Shown in pieces: positions 62,501-64,000 of a stretch of DNA of 64,000 bases. Below the pieces are notes generated by a model. That model made no database searches. It was not told where the DNA came from and saw only the letters and a list, made by a program, of their open reading frames with translations. This DNA is from Lama glama. Lineage: Eukaryota. The stretch covers positions 93,188,001 through 93,252,000 of the forward strand of contig CM052816.1 in NCBI GenBank assembly GCA_028534125.1, read 5' to 3'. Position 1 is the first letter of the stretch. Each line of letters opens with the position of its first letter. Both the position numbers and the translations under genes were made by a program.

Positions 62501-64000
62501 AGTTACAATAACATGGTATAAAATATGATTTAGAGATACCTACTAGCGTGGCTATTGATAGAATTAATGACACGTCTGTGCCAAAAATAGCATTCCACAT
62601 GTGAATTCAGGCAGAATGTTACAGGCAATGAATGCAGCTAATTTGTTGGTGGTAAAGAGACCTGTGTTTCTATTTCTAGTCCTGCATCAGGGGAAGTAAA
62701 AGTGCATGGTAAGGGACAAAAACTTCAGAAAATAACTAGTGTTTTCCTCATTAAAAATGATAAGTGGAGAAAGGCTTCTACAACTTAACCACTCGCAGAA
62801 TGTATTTTAAAGTGCTGATGAGGCCATGAGGACATGTATGTAAATAGAAATCCTGTTTTATGATGTGTCTATTGAAAATGTAGCCTAAGGAAAAAAATAG
62901 TTGAAACCTGTTAAATTTAATTCCATTAAGGGTTCTAATTGCTTCACAGCTGAACCGGTCATGACTGTATTCGTATGCAGAGGGTGAGTCTACTGACCTC
63001 AGGTGTCTTGAACAGTGTGCCAAGTTAGCTTGATCTTGTAGTCATGGGGTGATTAACTATTCTATCATATCTTCATATCATTAAGGATGAAGAAAAATTT
63101 GAAAACTTAAATGTCAGAACCCAGGGGAAATTGATGTCCTAGGGACTTCTGAATTCTAAGAGTGAAACTGATATTTCATCTTTTTTTTTTTCTTTCTGTG
63201 AACATAAGCCAATTACATAGCAGAATTAAACCTGCCTTAATCCACTGTTTCAATGTATGCCTTTCAGGTGTCTTGGGTTTCAAGTACATTGGGTTTCTGG
63301 TTTACTGAACTTATAGAAAGAAACAGCCAGTTCACCTCTTGGGTTTTCAATGGCCGACCCCACTGCTTCTGGATGACAGGCTTTTTCAACCCCCAGGGAT
63401 TTTTAACTGCAATGCGACAGGTAATAGCTCTGATTTGCACCTGTTGCGTTACTATAATTTGCCTCTACAAGGCTTTCTTCTTTTATTGTGGTTTTAAAGA
63501 GTATAACAAGACAGAGAATGATCGTCTCTTTTTGTTACCAGCAATTACTTTGTCCTGAATGTAAATCCAGCAACTTGTTTTCAGGCTGCTAGCTTGGATT
63601 TCAAAATATTTGTTCTTTTTATATTTGATTTGATATTTCTTTTAAAAGTACAAGTGGTTAAATTAGGACATGGGTATTGCTTATGAGAGAGTCTTTTAAA
63701 ACTTTAAATATACTATCCTATTTCCTTTGAATTTGGATAATTTGGGGCTGCACTGTCATCAGAGTTATGCTCCTTCTATTAAGACAAATCTCTAGTCGCT
63801 GGTTTAATCCTTTGCTTTGGTCTTGCCCTGAGTAGGAAATAACTCGGGCTAACAAAGGCTGGGCCCTGGACAATACGGTGCTTTGCAACGAAGTCACCAA
63901 GTGGATGAAGGATGACATTTCTGCCCCTCCCACAGAGGGTGTCTACGTCTACGGCTTGTATCTTGAAGGTGCTGGCTGGGACAAAAGAAACATGAAACTC
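704..64000 (+). CDS. DNAH5: Dynein axonemal heavy chain 5, partial multi-exon gene (25 exons; AAA4 end, stalk/MTBD, AAA5, AAA6, C-terminal domain)
   Basis: Spliced translation runs from [19 protein letters not shown] to [16 protein letters not shown] and closely matches human DNAH5 as I recall it. All introns are GT-AG and phases join in frame (4705 nt). Confidence 0.97.
1349..1616 (+). CDS. DNAH5: DNAH5 exon (~ex55), AAA4
   Basis: ttgaag|GTC TCC ... ATT GCT G|gttagt; 268 nt; includes [33 protein letters not shown]. Confidence 0.95.
1724..1756. repeat. Short tandem repeat, 3 x 11 bp (YCCAAAGTTTG)
   Basis: cccaaagtttg cccaaagtttg tccaaagtttg read directly. Confidence 0.85.
2048..2425 (+). 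mobile_element. 5'-truncated L1, 3' end (lineage-young subfamily)
   Basis: Homologous to the L1 at 24488-25179 (gaaaaataccatatg...tatgtggaatct...cttcaataaaaaa); imperfect aaa..atttca flanks. Confidence 0.85.
2830..3767 (+). mobile_element. Ancient LINE-2 fragment (with a short antisense L2 3' end near 2676-2740)
   Basis: Pyrimidine-rich L2-like sequence (aaatgtcacttcctcagggaaa; ends gttgagtcaatgaat); boundaries approximate. Confidence 0.65.
4590..6650 (-). mobile_element. Old L1 (L1MA-like) 3' UTR plus degenerate ORF2 3' part
   Basis: Minus-strand ORF2 remnants ([32 protein letters not shown]); 3' UTR shared with copy at 13898-14562. Confidence 0.9.
4793..4843 (-). mobile_element. ~50-bp young L1 3' tip nested in the old L1
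   Basis: ttttttattgatttataatcattttacaatgttgtgtcaaatt matches the 3' tip of the L1 at 23064; imperfect TSD gattattattttt/gatgattatcttt. Confidence 0.7.
7515..7635 (+). mobile_element. MIR SINE fragment
   Basis: ttctgctacttaccagc...cttctctaagcttcatttccttatctacaaaatg core. Confidence 0.65.
7688..8235. mobile_element. Old ERVL-type LTR (LTR33-like), interrupted by an L1 tip
   Basis: tgtatcggttaagaatg start; cacaagatggcggctgca and gtcattggccagaact motifs; family assigned by eye. Confidence 0.55.
8109..8200 (+). mobile_element. Very short L1 3' tip with a second poly(A)-signal/tail segment
   Basis: taaactgactatctttcaataaaaaa matches the L1 3' end; flanked by imperfect TSD agagaggggatgg (8096-8108) / aaagagggaatgg (8201-8213). 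Confidence 0.7.
10074..10305 (+). CDS. DNAH5: DNAH5 exon (~ex56)
   Basis: tttccag|TG TCT GAA ... AAC AG|gtaggg; 232 nt; SEHFLSSY...[11 protein letters not shown]...LAN. Confidence 0.95.
10342..10568 (+). mobile_element. MER20 (hAT-Charlie) DNA transposon
   Basis: cagtgattctcaac...ggagacac...agaggtcagggatgctgctaaacatcct...gctgaggttaagaaa. Confidence 0.8.
11482..11596 (+). CDS. DNAH5: DNAH5 exon (~ex57), stalk coiled coil
   Basis: catcag|A ATG AAT ACT GGA ... GAC ACG|gtgggt; 115 nt; [38 protein letters not shown]. Confidence 0.94.
11857..12033 (+). CDS. DNAH5: DNAH5 exon (~ex58), stalk coiled coil
   Basis: aattag|GTC TTA ... TTA CAG|gtacat; 177 nt; [10 protein letters not shown]...[13 protein letters not shown]. 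Confidence 0.95.
12270..12450 (+). mobile_element. MIR/MIR3-like fragment
   Basis: cctgggttct...ctctgtcaccag...gtgacattgggaaagtcac. Confidence 0.5.
12855..13028 (-). mobile_element. ERV LTR fragment related to the solo LTR at 28452
   Basis: agccc...gacag...tagctctgagg...ggggaggagc aligns by eye to the reverse complement of 28740-28920; preceded by an (AAC)n tract. Confidence 0.6.
13039..13156 (+). mobile_element. tRNA-Ala-derived camelid SINE (vic-1 type)
   Basis: ggagggtacagctccgtggtagagtgcgtgcttagcacg...gagttcagtccccagtacctc (A box, AGC anticodon, degenerate B box) followed by aaataaacaagtaaacctaattaccc tail. Confidence 0.8.
13172..13425 (+). mobile_element. Ancient L1 (L1MB/ME-like) 3' end
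   Basis: tatgattccattta...aaactaatct...gtgcatttctgtatgtatattatacttcaacaaa. Confidence 0.7.
13898..14562 (-). mobile_element. Old L1 (L1MA-like) 3' end
   Basis: Colinear with 4590-5340 (tgtggtaagaa...agatctacc...ttttagattcc...ggctgaat). Confidence 0.85.
14602..14643. repeat. 18-bp tandem duplication (CAGAGAGTCTCTGATCAR)
   Basis: Two units plus a partial third, read directly. Confidence 0.85.
16278..16431. mobile_element. Chimeric L1 remnant: antisense 3' tip joined to a sense ORF2 endonuclease fragment
   Basis: 16278-16346 is an antisense L1 3' tip; 16348-16425 translates [26 protein letters not shown] (L1 EN SDH motif). Confidence 0.75.
16492..16695 (+). CDS. DNAH5: DNAH5 exon (~ex59), microtubule-binding domain
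   Basis: ccccag|ACC ATC AAG ... TTA CAG|gttggt; 204 nt; [31 protein letters not shown]...GNFLQNLQ; missed by the ORF track. Confidence 0.95.
16820..17365 (-). mobile_element. Old L1 (L1MA-like) 3' end
   Basis: gtataattga...tttaaggtatacaac...tagattccacatataagtgagatcatg. Confidence 0.85.
17600..19150 (-). mobile_element. Ancient L1 (L1MC/ME-like), interrupted by MER63
   Basis: 3' UTR motifs plus minus-strand ORF2 remnant [23 protein letters not shown]. Confidence 0.75.
17995..18423. mobile_element. MER63-like hAT DNA transposon
   Basis: cagtagtgtg...tttagcaac start; gtttgccaattttcatggt and aataatggctgtgtttaacaaccagtttg motifs. Confidence 0.65.
20362..20541 (+). CDS. DNAH5: DNAH5 exon (~ex60), microtubule-binding domain
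   Basis: ccatag|CAA TTC ... CTG AAG|gtaagc; 180 nt; [19 protein letters not shown]...[27 protein letters not shown]. Confidence 0.95.
23064..23812 (-). mobile_element. Young 5'-truncated L1 with perfect 14-bp TSD
   Basis: TSD AATTTTAACATTTT at 23050-23063 and 23813-23826; empty site TTTT/AA; ORF2 C-terminus [22 protein letters not shown]...IYTMEY. Confidence 0.95.
24253..24427. mobile_element. MER58-like hAT element
   Basis: tggcaaactctggcccacaggccaaatct ... aatatttactatctg ... aaaaattttgctaac. Confidence 0.65.
24488..25179 (+). mobile_element. Young 5'-truncated L1 with 8-bp TSD
   Basis: TSD AAGATTTG at 24480-24487 and 25180-25187; ORF2 end, 3' UTR and poly(A). Confidence 0.92.
25331..25468 (+). 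CDS. DNAH5: DNAH5 exon (~ex61), stalk coiled coil 2
   Basis: gtgcag|GCC AAC ... AAG CAG|gtggct; 138 nt; [17 protein letters not shown]...EQAMTEKQ. Confidence 0.95.
27443..27578 (+). CDS. DNAH5: DNAH5 exon (~ex62)
   Basis: ttttag|ACC TTG ... CTT GTA G|gtatgt; 136 nt; [45 protein letters not shown]. Confidence 0.95.
28452..28949 (+). mobile_element. ERV solo LTR (ERV1-like), sense to DNAH5
   Basis: TG...CA termini (tgtgaacgaaaa ... tttcagtcgaca), TATA-like tgtatat near 28793, AATAAA at 28900-28905, many CpGs; no clean TSD seen. Confidence 0.75.
29442..29758 (+). CDS. DNAH5: DNAH5 exon (~ex63), start of AAA5
   Basis: ttcttag|GG GAT ... CTC CAG|gtaatc; 317 nt; [20 protein letters not shown]...[17 protein letters not shown]. 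Confidence 0.96.
30345..30500 (+). CDS. DNAH5: DNAH5 exon (~ex64), AAA5
   Basis: ttctag|GTC ACA ... TTT AAG|gtaggt; 156 nt; [52 protein letters not shown]. Confidence 0.95.
30569..30708. repeat. Perfect 70-bp tandem duplication
   Basis: 30569-30638 is identical to 30639-30708. Confidence 0.95.
30770..31183 (+). mobile_element. MER31-like ERV1 solo LTR
   Basis: tgtaataaagtctgactccattttgatgtttgac ... gggaaattcaaaccatgcaagcccctg ... gtgagtaataaaa (AATAAA 31074-31079). Confidence 0.7.
31411..31593 (+). CDS. DNAH5: DNAH5 exon (~ex65), AAA5
   Basis: aaaaag|GTG AAA ... AAG CAG|gtgagt; 183 nt; includes [17 protein letters not shown]. Confidence 0.95.
35023..35068. repeat. (GT)23 microsatellite
   Basis: Read directly. 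Confidence 0.97.
36310..36460 (-). mobile_element. MIR fragment
   Basis: ccactttgcagatgaagaaactgaggctta core. Confidence 0.7.
36573..36672. repeat. 50-bp tandem duplication with one mismatch
   Basis: 36573-36622 vs 36623-36672 differ only at 36601 g / 36651 c. Confidence 0.95.
38039..38282 (+). CDS. DNAH5: DNAH5 exon (~ex66), buttress/strut region
   Basis: tgacag|GAA CTG ... AGA CCT G|gtgagt; 244 nt; [13 protein letters not shown]...AREEYRP. Confidence 0.94.
39279..39393 (+). CDS. DNAH5: DNAH5 exon (~ex67)
   Basis: tttcag|TT GCT ... GCC AG|gtacat; 115 nt; [37 protein letters not shown]. Confidence 0.95.
39878..40068 (+). CDS. DNAH5: DNAH5 exon (~ex68)
   Basis: ctccag|G TCT GTC ... ATT AAA G|gtcagt; 191 nt; [22 protein letters not shown]...HEEFLILIK. 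Confidence 0.95.
40205..40600 (-). mobile_element. LINE-2 fragment
   Basis: catttattgcatgaatatttattgaaaacatactgtgtgctggcac L2 3' end followed by a purine-rich body. Confidence 0.6.
40819..40980 (-). mobile_element. L1 3' tip with TSD
   Basis: ttttattgaagtatagttgatttaca...; TSD t(g/c)tatcttt at 40810-40818 and 40981-40989. Confidence 0.82.
43330..43540 (-). mobile_element. MIR
   Basis: attattcccattgtacatatttggaaactgaggcccaga core. Confidence 0.7.
43757..43878 (+). CDS. DNAH5: DNAH5 exon (~ex69)
   Basis: tgaaag|GT GGT GCC ... GAT CAG|gtacct; 122 nt; [40 protein letters not shown]. Confidence 0.94.
45661..45810 (+). CDS. DNAH5: DNAH5 exon (~ex70)
   Basis: tttcag|ATA TCA ... GCC CAG|gtaaaa; 150 nt; [13 protein letters not shown]...WCPDRTIAQ. 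Confidence 0.95.
46191..46354 (-). mobile_element. Young L1 3' tip with perfect 15-bp TSD
   Basis: TSD AAAATAATGTTTCTT at 46176-46190 and 46355-46369. Confidence 0.9.
46995..47172. repeat. Polypyrimidine low-complexity tract ending in (CTTT)n
   Basis: Read directly; runs into the N gap. Confidence 0.95.
47173..47672. other. Assembly gap (500 N)
   Basis: Exactly 500 N, probably a fixed-size scaffolding gap. Confidence 0.98.
48010..48291. mobile_element. MER58B-like hAT element
   Basis: gagctaagaatggtttttata ... ataaagttttattggaa ... aaagcctaaaatatttagcacctggcccct. Confidence 0.75.
49670..49757. repeat. 26-bp minisatellite, about 3.4 units (GCCCTYGGAAGGTTCCACGTCATGGY)
   Basis: Units at 49670, 49696 and 49722; partial unit at 49748. 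Confidence 0.9.
50311..50599. mobile_element. 5'-inverted L1 3' end (twin-priming type) with internal (TG)n
   Basis: 50311-50460 is antisense L1 3' UTR; 50462-50599 is the sense terminal segment ending cttcagttaaaaaaa. Confidence 0.75.
50913..51158 (+). CDS. DNAH5: DNAH5 exon (~ex71), AAA6
   Basis: tggcag|GCC CGC ... GTG AAC|gtaagg; 246 nt; includes [12 protein letters not shown] and VSMGQGQE. Confidence 0.95.
51745..51799. repeat. 16-bp tandem repeat, about 3.4 units (AGGCCACCATCRCTGG)
   Basis: Read directly. Confidence 0.9.
54307..54526 (+). CDS. DNAH5: DNAH5 exon (~ex72), AAA6
   Basis: acctag|GGA GGA TGG ... TAC GGT G|gtgagt; 220 nt; [12 protein letters not shown]...FRLWMTTE...[15 protein letters not shown]. 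Confidence 0.95.
55090..55270 (+). mobile_element. MIR
   Basis: tggaaagagtgtggac...gagtttcagctttctcgtatctaaaatagggataat. Confidence 0.65.
55522..55730 (-). mobile_element. L1 3' tip with imperfect TSD
   Basis: TSD gcagcgggcgtct (55509-55521) / gcaacgggcttct (55731-55743); T-rich tail at left. Confidence 0.78.
56188..56393 (+). CDS. DNAH5: DNAH5 exon (~ex73)
   Basis: ccacag|GC GTG ... AAA AAG|gtactg; 206 nt; includes [24 protein letters not shown]. Confidence 0.95.
57034..57237 (+). CDS. DNAH5: DNAH5 exon (~ex74)
   Basis: cctcag|GGT GTC ... ATC CAG|gtttgt; 204 nt; includes [14 protein letters not shown]. Confidence 0.95.
57730..57940 (-). mobile_element. MER20
   Basis: tctcagcctcggcac...gttgtgacaac...ctccagacatcgccaaatgtcc...ggggcaaaatcacc. 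Confidence 0.8.
59032..59247 (+). CDS. DNAH5: DNAH5 exon (~ex75)
   Basis: gttcag|AGT TTG ... TTT GAA|gtgagt; 216 nt; [19 protein letters not shown]...[12 protein letters not shown]. Confidence 0.95.
59294..59327 (+). repeat. (CGGGGG)n G-tract, G-quadruplex motif
   Basis: GG-C-G5-C-G5-C-G5-C-G10-C-GG. Confidence 0.9.
60875..61087 (+). CDS. DNAH5: DNAH5 exon (~ex76), C-terminal domain
   Basis: tggcag|GTA AAA ... AAA AAA|gtatgt; 213 nt; VKERLQKMG...[10 protein letters not shown]...ARIPAGWKK. Confidence 0.95.
61250..61450 (-). mobile_element. MIR
   Basis: tttacatgcattatttcatttaaatct...ctcattttgcaggtgaggaagttgag. Confidence 0.7.
63268..63420 (+). CDS. DNAH5: DNAH5 exon (~ex77)
   Basis: tttcag|GTG TCT ... 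CGA CAG|gtaata; 153 nt; includes [18 protein letters not shown]. Confidence 0.96.
63836..64000 (+). CDS. DNAH5: DNAH5 exon (~ex78), truncated by window end
   Basis: gagtag|[64 protein letters not shown]. Confidence 0.95.

Overview
Mammalian genomic DNA, very likely a camelid (camel/alpaca/llama), judged from a vic-1-type tRNA-Ala-derived SINE at about 13039-13156. The whole window lies inside one + strand gene, DNAH5 (outer-arm axonemal dynein heavy chain 5). I traced 25 GT-AG-bounded coding exons from 704 to the window end: 4705 nt in total, i.e. 1 nt plus 1568 codons, with intron phases consistent throughout. They encode the end of AAA4, the stalk with its microtubule-binding domain, AAA5, AAA6 and part of the C-terminal domain. 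Exon lengths match my recollection of human exons 54-78, so that numbering is from memory. The last exon is cut by the window edge. A 500-N assembly gap (47173-47672) is intronic and hides no constitutive exon. Introns hold ordinary eutherian repeats (L1, L2, MIR, MER20/58/63, ERV LTRs, microsatellites) and several lineage-young L1 3' ends with target-site duplications. I see no convincing new biological system. The best second-look items are an inverted L1 pair next to an exon, a GAG-TAG tandem acceptor whose upstream AG would insert a stop, a sense-oriented CpG-rich solo LTR with a poly(A) signal, a G-quadruplex just after a donor, a minisatellite carrying UPRE/HSE-like motifs, and unusual L1 insertion structures. 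Most ORFs in the supplied track are spurious or are exons read through into introns. Repeat family names come from recognition by eye and their boundaries are approximate.
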